Below are positions 40,081-55,600 of a stretch of DNA of 64,000 nt, one piece after another (the stretch's first letter is position 1; each line of letters opens with the position of its first letter). This stretch comes from Eledone cirrhosa (lineage: Eukaryota). Both the position numbers and the translations under genes were made by a program. The DNA is taken from NCBI GenBank assembly GCA_964016885.1, contig OZ024750.1, forward strand, positions 50,716,001 to 50,780,000, read 5' to 3'. The notes under the pieces were generated by a model. It ran no database searches and was not told the DNA's origin. It saw only the letters and a list, made by a program, of their open reading frames with translations.

Positions 40081-40561
40081 TATGAATAACGAGTTCTGAA
40101 CTCAAACAGTCCTTTACAATGAAATACCTCAGAGAAAGAAGTATTTCTGAGCCGTTTAATACAAGTTAATATAAATTAATATATTTGATAAACACTAATA
40201 CCAACATATAAGTGTTTGTATTGTAAATGACTAAGTTAGCTAGATTGAAAAAATACTAATTATAATAATACAGTTTGCCTGTCTCGATTTAAACTAATAA
40301 ATCAATAAAAACAAATCATATTGGCAAATGCCCGTGGTACTTGGACAAATTTAAATTTCAAAATCCAAACCTGCTCCGTAGATAAGTTTAAACCTTAAAA
40401 TCCAAATATGTTTCGATAAATGAAAAAATGAAAAAAAATACCAAATTCAGATCTCTTCAGCAAGTACCCTGAAAATTGGTATGTTTCACTTCAAAATATT
40501 TAAGAAGACTGAATAACGCACATGGTTTTTCAGTGTCTATATATATATCTATATATATATA

Positions 40562-41395
40562 TATCTTAGTCTTAGTTCTTCCAGTCCCTTGTGGAACATT
40601 GGACGAGGAGCTTCCTCCACTTGATCCTGTCACTAGCGGCCCTTCTAGCAGCTCTCCAGGTAATTCCCATCTCCCGCAGGTCCTCCCTGAATGCGCTCCG
40701 CCATATTTTTCGTGGTCTTCTCCGTTCTCTCCTGCCACCTTCTGGTACCCAATCCATGGCAATATAAGCAGGTCGATCTGCCGGCAAACGAAGGATGTGG
40801 CCTGCGAACCGCCGTCTCCTTTTCCGGACAATGTCCCTTAACCTCTCCAATCCTGACCTCCTCATCACTTCCTCGTTGCTCATTTGGTCTCTCCATGAAA
40901 TGTTCAATATGGTCCGAATGCAATTACGGTGGAATACATCAAGCTTGTTACATACACTTTCCGTACTCTACTATGTCTCACAGGCATATATCGCTGTTGG
41001 TACTACAATGGACATGTAAACACGGAATTTGACGGCGTTGCTGATGGAACAGCTGGACCATACCGGACGGAGTCACTGGAAGACCGCCTCTGCTTTTCCC
41101 AGCCTTGTGCTCACATCCACCTCAGCATCCCCATCTTCAGAGATGTTGCTGCCAAGGTATTGGAAGTGGTTTACACATTCAATGTTACGCTGACCAACCA
41201 TGATGGGAGGATTTGGAGGGTCACCTGTCGACATGGTCTTGGTTTTTTCACAACTGATGCGCAGGTCAATTTTCTCTGCATTGTCATTTCGAACGTATGT
41301 CATCTCTTGCAGGTCTTCTCGGGCATAGCCTATCACTGCGATGTCATGGGCAAAGTCCAGGTCGCTTAATCTCCTTCCATCCCAACTGATGCCAA
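40562..41395 (-). mobile_element. 5'-truncated RTE LINE 3' end
   Basis: DLDFAHDI...FQYLGS...RRRRFAGHILR...WVPEGGRR; short CTAAGA repeat tail. Confidence 0.85.
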
Positions 41396-41419
41396 AAAAT
41401 ATTATGTATATATATACAT

Positions 41420-43783
41420 ATTTGTCCTGGATCCCTGATTTACAAACAACGCAGTGCTCATCCACAATGTAAAGGTGACATCAACGTTGTTTTTGGATCA
41501 TAACTTAGTAGAACTAATGATATGTGGTCCGAGAGAGTCAACAGAGTAACAACCATCAAGAAGCACCGGGAACTTATCCAACCTTAACTTCTGCAAGACT
41601 AACTGGAAAAAGATCAAGAAAGAGATCCGGAAGCAAATATGGAGCGCCAACATCACCACACAAGACACCAACACACATTTTCGACATTTCATGACAACAA
41701 TACAAACTATATGCCATAAGTTTGTCCCGGATAAAAAGGCGAACGGATACAAAACTGTTATTCCCCGAGACAGGAAAATCCTTATGAGACGAAGAACTAA
41801 GCTCTCAAACCACTTGAATGCAAAACAAGACAACAAGAAGGAATCATATTTAAAACGTGCACTCAAACTTTCCCATGAAAGGGAGAGGGCAGAGAGAGAA
41901 ATTAGGGCCATAGAATATGTTAAAACAAACACTAAGGCCTTCTTTAAATTTGCAAAAGAGACTGCCTCAGTACACTGCATGATTGGGCCACTTTTCCATA
42001 AAGATGGTTCATCAACCGAGGATCTCCAAGGGATAAGTAAAATACTGAATGAACCGTACAATAGTGTGTTCACACGTCCACTGAGGCACATGCACACATC
42101 AAAAACACAGAGAATTTCTTTGATGCCACACCACTCCATGAAGAAATGGTGACCATCAACCACATAGACATAACGGAGGAAGATGTGGTATCCGCCATAG
42201 ACGAAATTAGAACAAACTCAGCTGTTGGACCTGATGGATTACTAGCAGTCCTCTTAAAAATATGTAAACGGGCCTTAACAACTCCACTGACGACCCTCTT
42301 CAAAAGCTCGTTGGCTAGCGGTAAACTACCCATAGAGCTGAAAGAAGGCACAATATGCCCTATCCATAAAGGAGGAAGCAGAGCGGAGGCCAAAAACTAC
42401 AGGCCAGTCTTCATATTAGTGTAATCATGGGGCGAATCATCAGAAAGAAACTGATCATGTCCCTCGAGGAGAATGACCGTCTGACGAGCACGCAGCATGG
42501 CTTTCACCCAGCAAGAAGCTGCCTTACACAGCTGCTACAACACTACGAATGGGTACTGAAACAACTGCTAGACAGCGCACGTGTGGACTAGATATAACGT
42601 GACTTTTCGAAGGCTTTTGACAAGGTCGACCACGGAATGATATGTCACAAATTACACAGACTCGGCATAACTGGAAACGTAGGTGAGTGGCTGCATTACT
42701 TCTTAACAGACAGAAGCCAGACAGTTGCAGCAAATGGGCCGCTCTCAAAGAAAACGTCAATAACAGGTGAGGTGCCCCAGGGCACAGTCTTGGGACCACT
42801 ACAGTTTTTAGTGGCTCTCACAGACATGCCCTCTGTAGTACATACAACATCCCTCACTAGCTATAATGATTACACTAAGGTAGCACAGGCAAACAAAAAC
42901 CCGGCTGATGCTGCCCTTTTACACAAGATGTGGATGCCATATACAAATGGGCTGACGACAACAACATGCACTTTAATGCTGGAAAATTTCAATACCAACC
43001 TGCACACACAAATACAGTACAACACAGCTACACTGGACCAGGAGGGATCGAAATTCCCGTGTCGAAATTGATACGAGACCTGGGAATATACATGAGCGAT
43101 GATGCATCTTTTTCCTCATACATCATAAAGGTGGCGACAATGTACAGACGACTAGCTGACCGGATCTTGAGGACTTTCCGGACAAGAGACCGAGAGACCA
43201 TGTTGATACTATGGAGGACATTTGTCCTAAGCCGCCTGGACTATTGCTCACAAACATAGTATCAGACTAACTACGGTGCTTGAGGCAATCCAACGAAGCT
43301 ACACCAAGAGGATTGCGACGACGATGAAGGAGATTAGCTACTGCGAGAGGCTAAAAGTACTGTACCTCTATTCCTTGGAACGAAGACGGAAAATCCTGGA
43401 GGGGCTAGCACGAAACTTTGGCATTGGGAGCTGGACCAACCTCCAAAGGTCAAAGGTCCCATCTTCCACATCTAGAATAAGGAGCAGATATTGCAATAGC
43501 CTTGGGTTCAAGGCCCTCAACTCTTCAACAATCTGCCAAGGGATTTGAGAGATCTGCATGGTGTTGACGTGGATGTTTTCAAGACACATCTCGAAACCCT
43601 GCTATCCAGGTTTCCGGATGAGCCCACAACACGGTACGAATGTAACCTAAGAGCAGCAGCAAAGAACTCCCTCTTGCATCAATGGCCAGTCAACACAGGC
43701 TGGAGACAGTATGTGTAGGAGCAAGGGTGGTGCTCCAGCATGGCCTCAGCTGGATGGCTTGAACGGGTAAAAGAGTAAAAGAG
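41420..43783 (+). mobile_element. Decayed CR1-group LINE ORF2
   Basis: SAVGPDG...PIHKGGSRAEAKNYRPV, QHGF..SCLTQLL, DFSKAFDKVDH, VPQGTVLGP, RDLGI, YSLERRR; 3' tail GTAAAAGAGTAAAAGAG. Confidence 0.85.
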
Positions 43784-43889
43784 ATATACATATATATATA
43801 TATAAGTTATTATGGGTAGAATAGGAGGTAACCACAGTAAGTAAGGTACTCAATATAGGGCAGAGTATAAAAGTTTTAATATAGAAGAT

Positions 43890-43936
43890 CTTCTACAGGA
43901 CTAGAACTGTTTCATTCGTGAGAAATCATCAGGAAG
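43890..43936 (-). ncRNA. Type I hammerhead in a pLTR fragment (43806-43960)
   Basis: CTTC-CTGATGA-TTTCTCACGAAT-GAAA-CAG..CTG-TA-GAAG. Confidence 0.7.
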
Positions 43937-44149
43937 CTGGCTGCCCAAGTAAATGGTAGTATTTATGTCTTTCCTTATCTGGTGGGAGGAGGAGGTGGGG
44001 ATTGGGATGGTTGTAGGTCATTGGTTGAAGGATTAAAAAAAAGGGAGTTCATTAAAAGCTAATTCTTTAAAGCTATAATATTAACAAAGGCAGAAAGGAT
44101 ACTGTAAACAAGTTCAACATTGGAATACCAATCCTGGTTTATCACTTAA

Positions 44150-45690
<1,541 letters not shown>

Positions 45691-45844
45691 TTTTATTCAA
45701 ACCACACACAACCCCCCCCCCCCACACACACACACATACACACACGTGTGTGTATTGCTAAAGGACTGTGACAGACATACTGAAAAACCCCCACACACAC
45801 GTATATTGTTTTATATACACCCTCACACACACACAGACACACTA

Positions 45845-45923
<79 letters not shown>

Positions 45924-46393
45924 CCTCCCTAAAACCACATTCCAATAATTGAATTTCCCCTGCACTCCTGCTGCCTCCACAGCTCTAACATGCAATTCCC
46001 CATCCTGTTTTGAACTCTTCACCAGTCAATTAACACAATCAGATATACACACTGGATGTTTTCAAAAAACAACTTTATTCTGTGAAGAAACACAGCTACT
46101 GCTATCTTCTCTTACCACCGAATTTTGAACATTTGATTTTAATTCTAATTATTTAGTTTTTAACTCCTATTAATTTGTTTTTATTTTTATTTCAATACTC
46201 AACATTTGATAAGATGAATTTTAATGACACATCGAAACCGGTAATATTTTATATACTTTATATACATTATAAAACTTTTTTTTAAAAAGAATTGTCCCTC
46301 TAATTTTTTCAAAAATGTTATATTTTCAAAAAAGGAAAACAGACCCTTAAATATATTATCCGTGGTATATCCAGCTTCACCTTTTCTATATAT

Positions 46394-46478
<85 letters not shown>

Positions 46479-46554
46479 ATTGGTGCTGGATGCTTAAAGC
46501 TTCCGTATGCGGCAGGCCGTATGAGCACTCGATGCCCTCGTAGAGCAGAGTATG

Positions 46555-46875
46555 ATATCACAGAAAAAAAAGAGAATCAGTGTTGCGACGAAAGGTATTT
46601 ATTGGACATATTACAATTGTATCTGCGGCGACCAGCTGGAGGCACGATCAATATGGTGATCAAACCTGACTCTGAAATCGCGCGGTCATCGGATACGTCT
46701 CTATTCTAGGAAAATCTGCTTCGTAGAATCGAGACGTATCTGAGGACCGCACGATTTCAGAGTCAGGTTTGATCACCATATCGATCGTGCCTCCAGCTGG
46801 TCGTCCGAGAAACAATTGTAATATGTCCAATAAATTCCTTTCGTCGCAACACTGATTCTCTTTTTCTGTGATATA
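46555..46875. mobile_element. Fold-back palindrome (arms of about 155 bp) carrying a hammerhead
   Basis: Plus-strand hammerhead 46733-46827: GACGTAT/ATATGTC stem I, CTGAGGA, long stem II, GAAA-CAATTG-TA. The mirror arm is decayed. Confidence 0.75.
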
Positions 46876-47177
46876 TATATATAGGGGGTGCGTGTTTGTG
46901 AGTATGTAAATATATGTGTGTGTAAATAGTTCATATTTATATGTTTCAGTAAAATGTGAGGGCCATACCACCATGCACATACAATAAAACATAGTATATT
47001 ATCCAATAGCAGGCATAACTTGTACAACACATAGGCGATAACATCCTTACAAGATATGCTTTTTAGGAATACATATATTGGTTATCCTCTTTGAGAACAT
47101 TCTCGACATTGTATGTAGTTGCAGATTTGTGTTTGATAAGAAGAAATAGGCTAGAAAATAATCTTCAGAATTACGGA

Positions 47178-47252
47178 TTGCAATTAGTATTTAGTCGAAT
47201 GCAATTAGTATTCGGTCGATTGTAATTAACGTTTTGTTGATTGCAATTAGTG
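47178..47252. repeat. Degenerate minisatellite, period about 21 bp, 3-4 copies
   Basis: TTGCAATTAGTATT.GTCGA repeated. Confidence 0.6.
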
Positions 47253-47511
47253 TATGATGTGTGGTGAATAGATATCGATGTATCTGTGTCAGGAGTGAAT
47301 AAAATATAGACAAACTGTCTAGGAAAAATAAAACAAAGTTAAGAAAGAATCAAATGTTGGTATCACATTAATATTTCCTTAATGTGGAGAAGGGAAGTTG
47401 TTGATCAAGAGTCATTTGACGTTTGAACATAAAAATGTTACATCAAAGGTTCAACATTTTATATATTAAAAACATCAATGTATATTTTTGTTATGCATAT
47501 CTGTGTTATGC

Positions 47512-47760
47512 AAGTGGCTTAGTGTTAACGTTGTTGGACGTAGGAACATGTGGTAGGTTTGATTCTTGGACTGGGTTGTGAGATGTTCTTGAACAAAATA
47601 CTGCAATTCACATTGCTCCAATATTCTCAACAGAAAATGAGTACCAGTAATAGTTGGGGGTTTAAGTTTGTTCAGCGGAGAGGACTGTCAACTATTATCA
47701 GTCGCTTAATTTCAGGGGAACTGGGATAAGCCCCGGCCTGACTCTGGTTCGAGACAAATT
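47512..47760 (+). mobile_element. Decayed SINE, second family
   Basis: GTGGCTTAGTG (A box), GGTTTGATTC (B box), TGTTCTTGAACAAAATACT; homologous to 59945-60209. Confidence 0.65.
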
Positions 47761-48581
47761 TAGACTTAGATATATATATTCTTTTCTTTTATATTGCAGT
47801 TTTGTGATAGGTTTATGATGATGGGTTTATTATCGAAACGTCGTGTGTTCGATTCATGAACCGATTGAAGCGTTATGTTCTTAAACTAAACACTTTATTT
47901 CTGGTTGCTCCCCCTCCCCCCCCAAAAAATCAATCAGCTGTAAATAATTACCATCAGCGGTTGGGGGTGAACTTTAATTTACTGGTGTTCTGTTCGGGGA
48001 AGATTTTTGTAAACAGGGATGGGCTCTGGCTTGGTGAGCCCCCAGTTTTAGGACAGACATTTTGATATTCATACTAGGATACACCATTGACGTTCTCTAT
48101 AATATTCTATGCAGCCAAGGGGGGGGGGAGAAGTTATACCAACAGTGGGGATATAGAATAAATACTCGAAAGAGATGGACTCTATGAGAAACAACGCAAA
48201 GCCAGGTTGAGGTATACACACACACACACTCACTCACACACACACACGCACACACATACACACATACACACTCACTCACTCACTCACTATATATATAAAA
48301 TTACAAGAAACGAAATAAGCTGTGTCGTTGCTGTAAACAAACTTTAAGATGGTAATATGGACGAAACAAGAGAAGAAATCATTCATCAGCTGTAAATCGA
48401 TGATCATAGATGTTTCGGCGCCTAAAGCAGGACATCAAAAGCGATAAGTGGCGCGCCCAAGGCCTTTTATCGATCAAAAGACCAGGAGGGAAAGAAAAGA
48501 AAAGAGAATGAAGAAGGAAAAGTAATGAGGAGAGAGGAAGAAAGAAAAGTTGGTAAACAGACCGAATGGACAGGACAATGG

Positions 48582-49021
<440 letters not shown>

Positions 49022-49849
49022 ACTTGATATTTGCTCCTCGCGTCTTCTCTCTGCAATGGAGCACGATATATTGAATAGTATAGGCTGCCATCTCTGGCAG
49101 CGTGTTCTGTTCATACCACTGGTCACTGCCTCGCCTCTGGATTTCTCTCTATTCACACTTGTTTCAGGTCAGTTACTATAGTTATCTTTAGTAGTGGGAA
49201 CAATATGAGGTTGAGCACTTGCTGATGGTCCAAGAGCTGAGTTTGAAACCACTAATACGGTGAAACAATCTCTTAGTGAGTTTGTACAAGTGCGATTTAG
49301 TTATGAGGTAGGTTTTTCATTTTGATTTATCCTTTTAATTATTATGTTTCTCCTCTACCTCTCTTAGCTTCTATTCTCTTCACGTTGGTGGTTAAAATCC
49401 TGTAAATCGAACTTTAGCTTCAGTACAGCAAGTAGTATTCGATTGGTTTTGAAGCAATCACAAATCATTCAATGGATCGAAAGTTAAAATCAAACATTAA
49501 TTCCAAAGATAAACACCGTAGCTATAAAATGTGACACCAACAAAACCGACTGAAGGACGGTGTCACAGAATGCATTATCTATTTCAGTGAAATCGAACCA
49601 TTTTCTTTTTTACACACAGTTATATTTCTGTTCTTCATGTTTAATTGGTCAGAAGTGTACAAATAGCCCATTCTTCAGAAGTATCTGTAAAAGATATTAC
49701 CTACCTAGCAGTGTTTCAAGCCCCAGCTTATTGATGATGAAATCCTTGGTAATGTTGTTTCAACAACATGGAACACAATGTCATTATGATCTAGATGTTC
49801 AAGAGTAGCTATATATTTTAATAAACATTAGCTCTACGGGGTTTTAATG

Positions 49850-49907
<58 letters not shown>

Positions 49908-50327
49908 GAGAAGAAAGAAGAATACTGCGTAGTTGCACATGGGTTACATATTATAAAAATAGTCCTTCGTCAGTGATTTTCCAACCATCATTGGTATTTC
50001 ATCGCATTAAAAATCAGATACCTCAGGTTGGTGCGAGAAATAACTAAAAAAAGGTATTGGGACCAGTAAATCGCGTAAAGCGAGGGGGACAAGTAAACAA
50101 CATAGAAGGATAAAAGCAAACCAAAGATGGGAAGAAAACAAGCAACATGGTGGTCCGATCAGCATAAGCTGGGTGGATTTCATGAGCGAAAGGTACAGAC
50201 CGTGCCTCGTGAGTGAGATGTAAGCAAGAATAGACCCACTGTAAGCGAAACGGGAGGAAGTGAGCAGGGGAGAAACAGAGAGTGAGTGAGTGGAAGTGCG
50301 AGGAAGCGGTCAGATATATATATATAA

Positions 50328-50370
<43 letters not shown>

Positions 50371-50371
<1 letters not shown>

Positions 50372-50787
50372 AAGTATGTACACGTACATACATATATGTA
50401 TACATACGTACAGTAGTATGTATATATATATACATACATGCACACATATATATATGTACGTATGGATTCACCGAACATTTATTATAATGCTCGGTGTGTT
50501 TGTAAGCAAAAATCCCGAATTAAGCAGTACAGTGTCTAGCAACCATCGTTGCTCATTTGTTCAACACTGACAAAGGAACGCCTCACTAGTTTTAAGCCTA
50601 TTAGCCATCGTCAGCAACGTATACCTTCCTGCCAGATGATTGAACGTCTGAAAGTATATACTTTCCTTATGCACATTAACGGCTGAGCAGTCTAATTTGC
50701 ATATCGAGTGAGTTACTCGGCCGGGGTACCTAAGTAACAGCCGTACTGAGAGTGAGAAATGAAATTTCGTTTCATTTTTTCCGTTTA
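50371..50787 (-). mobile_element. pLTR-like element of the 6823-7371 family in (TA)n
   Basis: Direct homology; CTGACGA core on the minus strand near 50607-50613. Confidence 0.7.
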
Positions 50788-50889
50788 TATATATATATAT
50801 ACACAAATTTTAGTACAGCATCAACGAAGGTTTTGGCAACAGCCAAGCTAACGAATTCAAATTCGGTGTGCAGCTAAGCACTCAATGGA

Positions 50890-50928
<39 letters not shown>

Positions 50929-50931
<3 letters not shown>

Positions 50932-51554
50932 TTAGAAACACACAGATACATGCGGACACACACATATATACATGAATGCATCCGCACCCAACTGTGAGTT
51001 AAGGGTGCCAACTTCACCGATGTTGCTCAATGAATGACTGGGACAGACCAATTCAGTTTGAACCAGACTGAACCAGTATCAGAGTTAAAAATACATTATG
51101 AAGAGAGAAGAAACATTTAGATATAATTAGTAATAAAATGTATCATACCTAAACTGTTCCTAAATTCCTCGACTACGTAGTTTCGTGGCATAAACAAAAA
51201 CAATATATCAAAGATATAGAGTCCTTGCGAGGTCTGCCGACTTATCAAGAGGATACCTCATTTTACTAGTCTCAAGAACGCGTCTACATGACGTGAGAAA
51301 GAATCCCAAAAGGCGGAGGGGGAGATAGTCACGCGATATAACGGTCGAGAAACAGAGCTAAGCCTCTTATAACCACGAAAAAAATACCACGGAGGCGGAG
51401 GGGGTATTCATATCGAGGCCGTAGAAGAGGTAGTGAAGAAGGCGAGAAGTATGAGTAATGGAAGCTTTCCAGTTGTCCCCACACTTCAAAAATTGCTCGA
51501 CCAGAGGGAGTTATTAATACATTTAGAAACACACAGATACATGCGGACACACAC

Positions 51555-51564
<10 letters not shown>
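50929..51564 (-). mobile_element. Single 591-bp hammerhead unit plus about 45-bp terminal redundancy, in (TA)n
   Basis: Near-identical reverse complement of the 1731-3569 unit; hammerhead at 51166-51253. Confidence 0.85.
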
Positions 51565-51637
<73 letters not shown>

Positions 51638-51799
51638 CCTTATCGAGCCATCTTCTGATTTTAGTCTTCACATTCATTATTACCATATATATCGCGATAT
51701 ATGTAGTAGAAGAGATCACGATATTTATCGTCATTGAAATATATCAATTAATAAAGGACTCTAAGATATTCAACTTCGCATTTTCATCTTTATTATAGA

Positions 51800-51931
51800 G
51801 TTAGTCCCTTTACGATCTGAGTTCAAATCCCGACGAGGTTAACTTTGCCTTTCATCTTTACGGGGTCGATGAAATAAAGTACCAGTAATGTAGTTGGTAA
51901 TTGCTGGCCTTGTACCAAATGTAGAAACAAC
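51800..51931 (+). mobile_element. SINE (5'-truncated)
   Basis: GAGTTCAAATCCCG..AGGTTAACTTTGCCTTTCATC...GTAGAAACAA. Confidence 0.8.
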
Positions 51932-51954
51932 TATATATATAAATAGAGAGGGAG

Positions 51955-52015
<61 letters not shown>

Positions 52016-52394
52016 TGTTTCTTTTATTTGCCACCAGTGCATCAAAAGTGGGACAAGTACAATGGGGGGAGTTTACAAAACAAGGCGTCCTCAATAGGGA
52101 GGAGGCAATAGCAATATATAAAAAAAATAAAATATAACAAAAAATAGAATTATAACAAAATCCTCAATAGAGGATTTTGTTATAAAATATAACAAAAAAT
52201 AAAATTTATAACAAAATCCTCAATAGAGAGGAGGCGCCTTGGGGGGTCGCACACACCCCCGAAAAAAGTGTGCAACCCTTTTCCTCAGGAGCACAGAGAG
52301 GGGGTGCTCCCTCGTTCCTTCCTCTTTTCCACCTACAGGCTTATGTAAAGAGATGGCCCATTCACACGGGCCATTCTCGCCACTTTCACCCACC
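52016..52394 (-). mobile_element. L1/Tx1 copy E8, very short 3' fragment
   Basis: 3' UTR plus WVKVARMARVNGPSLYISL*; GATA on both sides; small internal inverted duplication at about 52151-52184. Confidence 0.9.
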
Positions 52395-52673
52395 ATAGAT
52401 AGATAGATATATTTCTTTTATTTGCCACTAGGGCATCAAAAGTGGGACAAGTACAAAGGGGGGAGTTTACACAAAAAGGCGTCCTCAATAAGGAGGAGGC
52501 AATAACAAAATATAAAAATAAAATAAGATATAACAAAAAATAAGATTTTTAACAAAATCCTCAATAGAGAGGAGGCGCCTTGGGGGGTCGCACACCCCCC
52601 CGAAAAAAGTGTGCAACCCTTCTCCTCAGGAGCACAGAGAAGGGGTGCTCCCTTGGTCTTTCATCTTCCTCAC

Positions 52674-55600
52674 CTATAGTCTGATGTAGAGTGAAGGCCC
52701 ATTCACACGGGCCATTCTCGCCACTTTCACCCATCTTTCATAGAAACGGCTGGGGTGCAGCACCTCTCTCTCCATCCTGATCCTTCTTCCGAAATGATAT
52801 CGGAAGAAACGGACCAGTTGTTGGCCAGAGAGAAAGGTGCCTGACCTCAGTCCTTTCAGACGCGTCCACCATACAACCTCTTTCGCCATGGCTATTACGC
52901 ACAGAAACACCGCCTCTGCTTCATCTTTGAAGGGGGGAGGCGGCTTGATCATTACAATAGACTCGGTGGTCAACCGGATCGGTCCCACCCTTGACAGCAG
53001 TTGTTCGACATAGCCCCACAGATCGGCTACGCCCGAGCAGTGTACCAATGCGTGTGCAACGGTTTCCTCGTCGCACACGCATCTGGGACAGATCTTTTTG
53101 GCGGGGTCCCTACCCGGGCGCCCGTGTCTGTAGAGCCTTTCTCGAACGGGTAAAGCCCCTCGGTAGCACTGCCAGGCCAGGGACTTCTGGAAGTTGTCCA
53201 TAGGTCCCGGGCTGAATGTCCTACCGAACAGGCTGGCCAGTTCGTCCTCCTCCATGTCTAGGGCTTCTCCGAGGGCGTCGTCGCACCTGCTGCGTACCAG
53301 CCCTCTATAGAATGTTGCGGTGGAGTCTCCACTGATAACCGGATCCGCCTGCCAGAGGGCGGTGAGCGCCTGGGCACACTCAGTGTGCCAGGCGCCCAGT
53401 TTTCTCGGTCTTTGCTTGACCCAGGATTGCAGCTCGGTGAGTGAGACGAGTCTGGGAAAGGTTCGTCTCACAAACGAGGCCCACACCGGTTGTCCGGTGA
53501 GGAATACGTAGAGGTGCCGTAGCCTTAATGCGTGTTTACGCATCATTAGCCACGGCATCCCCAGCCCTCCTTTCGAAGGGTGTTGACAGCAGATGGATCT
53601 CCTCACCATAGGAGCCCGCCTCTTCCAAAGGAATTGGAAGAGCGCGCGCTCCATCTTGGTGAGGGTTTCTCTTGGGCAGGGCACTACGGTCAGGCGGTAG
53701 TAGATGACCGATGCTATGTAGGTGTTCGCCACCTCCGCCCGACCTTTCAGGGATAGTTTGCAACTGGCCCACTTCTGGGTCAGTGCAAACACCCTGTTCG
53801 TAACCTCCGCCCAGTTTTTCTCCACCTGGAGGTCCGGTCCGAACCAGACCCCGAGCAACTTCACCGGGCCCTCCGTCCAGCGTCCGACGACGCCATCGGA
53901 GGGCATCGGTCTGCCCCTCCACGTGCCGAGTTGCAAACCGATCGACTTGTCCCGGTTCAGCTTAGCCCCTGTGAACTTTTCGTACTCCTCCAGTAAGGTG
54001 CCGACCGCCTCGATTTCGGAGGCCGTCGACACCATTACTGTCACGTCATCGGCGTAGGCCGACACCGCTTTCCGCAATCCCGGTTCCAAAGGGATGCCCT
54101 GCAACAACTCCAACTTCCGCAGTAGTGGCTCGAGAGTCAACACATACAGAAGGGAGGAGAGAGGGCACCCTTGTCGGATGGACCGCGCGATTTTGAACGG
54201 CTCCGAGAGGTAGCCGTTCACCTTGACCCTAGAGCAGATGCGGCTGCTGTGCATAGCAGTGATCCAGCCCCTGAAAACGGGTCCGAAGCCTGCCGCCGCT
54301 AGCACCGCATCCAGGTAACCATGGTCGACCCTATCGAACGCCTTAGATTGATCCAAGTTGATCAGAGCCCCACCAAAGCCGGGTTCGTTCCCAACCCTCT
54401 CTATGATGTATCGCATGAGGTGGAGGTTGTCATGGATGGACCTGGACGGGATAGCGCATGTCTGCGCATCTCCCACCAGGTTTCCCACGACAAGCGCCAA
54501 CCTCTTTGCTAGCACCTTGGCCAAAATCTGTAACTCTGTATTTAGCAGTGTTATGGGCCTGAAGTTACTTATTTCGTCCCCCTTGTTCTCGTCCTTCCTC
54601 ACTAGCGTGACTACGCCCTTGGACACAGAACAGGGAATTCTCCCGTTCTGTTGCCAGTTGCAGTAGACCGCCTCGAGGAGATCGGGGAACAAGTCCGGCA
54701 TAGCTAGATATAATTCGTAAGGAAGACCATCGAGACCCGGGGATTTGCGTTTGCCGCATTGGCTCAGCACGTCCTCTATCTCAGCGGCCGAAATCGGCTC
54801 CTCGCAGGACTTCGCCTCCCTGTCCGAGAGGCGCGGCAGGCCGTCGAGGTATGGACCGAAGTCCACGTTCCCAACCGGCTCCCCGCCCCTCCCGAACAGT
54901 CGGGCAAAGTGCCTTTGAAAGGCCTCACACATCTGCTTAGGCTCAAGAATCGCCCGTCCATCCAGGTCTCGCAAAGACCGGATGGTGGATTTAGTTCCAC
55001 TGTTGGCCTCTGTCACGCGGGCCCAGCTAACAGCTTTGGTCCCCTCGTTCCCTAGAGCACGTATTTTACTTCGGACAACGCAGCCTTCGTGCTTCGCGTC
55101 GAAAAACTGGCTCAAAGCCGTTCTCGACGCTAGCACTCTGGCCACGTCGCCGCTTCTAATTGCCTCTTCTACTCTATCTATTAGCTCCCTTTCCTTCCTA
55201 TTCCTATCCGCAGCTAGAACCTTACTAAATTCTATCGAGACTACTCTAATCTCTCTCTTTAGAGATACCCACCACCTGCTGTTGACGATCGCTCCAGTCA
55301 ACCGTTCCTTAACTAACGTACTAATCCGATTCCTGTAGGCTCTACTTGCCGGCAAGGACAAGTTGAGCTTCCAGTAACCGGGGCCCTGTCTATGAGTTCT
55401 GTCAAGGTTGACCATGCAGGTCACTAATTTGTGGTCTGAATAGCCAACCATGCGCATTTTTGGACAACTTAAAAAGTCCTTATCCTTAATTCTAACTAAG
55501 AACCTATCTAGGTACGACCTAGATGATCCGCTACGATTTGCCCAAGTCCAGGTTGGCGCAGTCGGAAAATCTAGTCGATATCTATCGGCCAGGTCAAATC

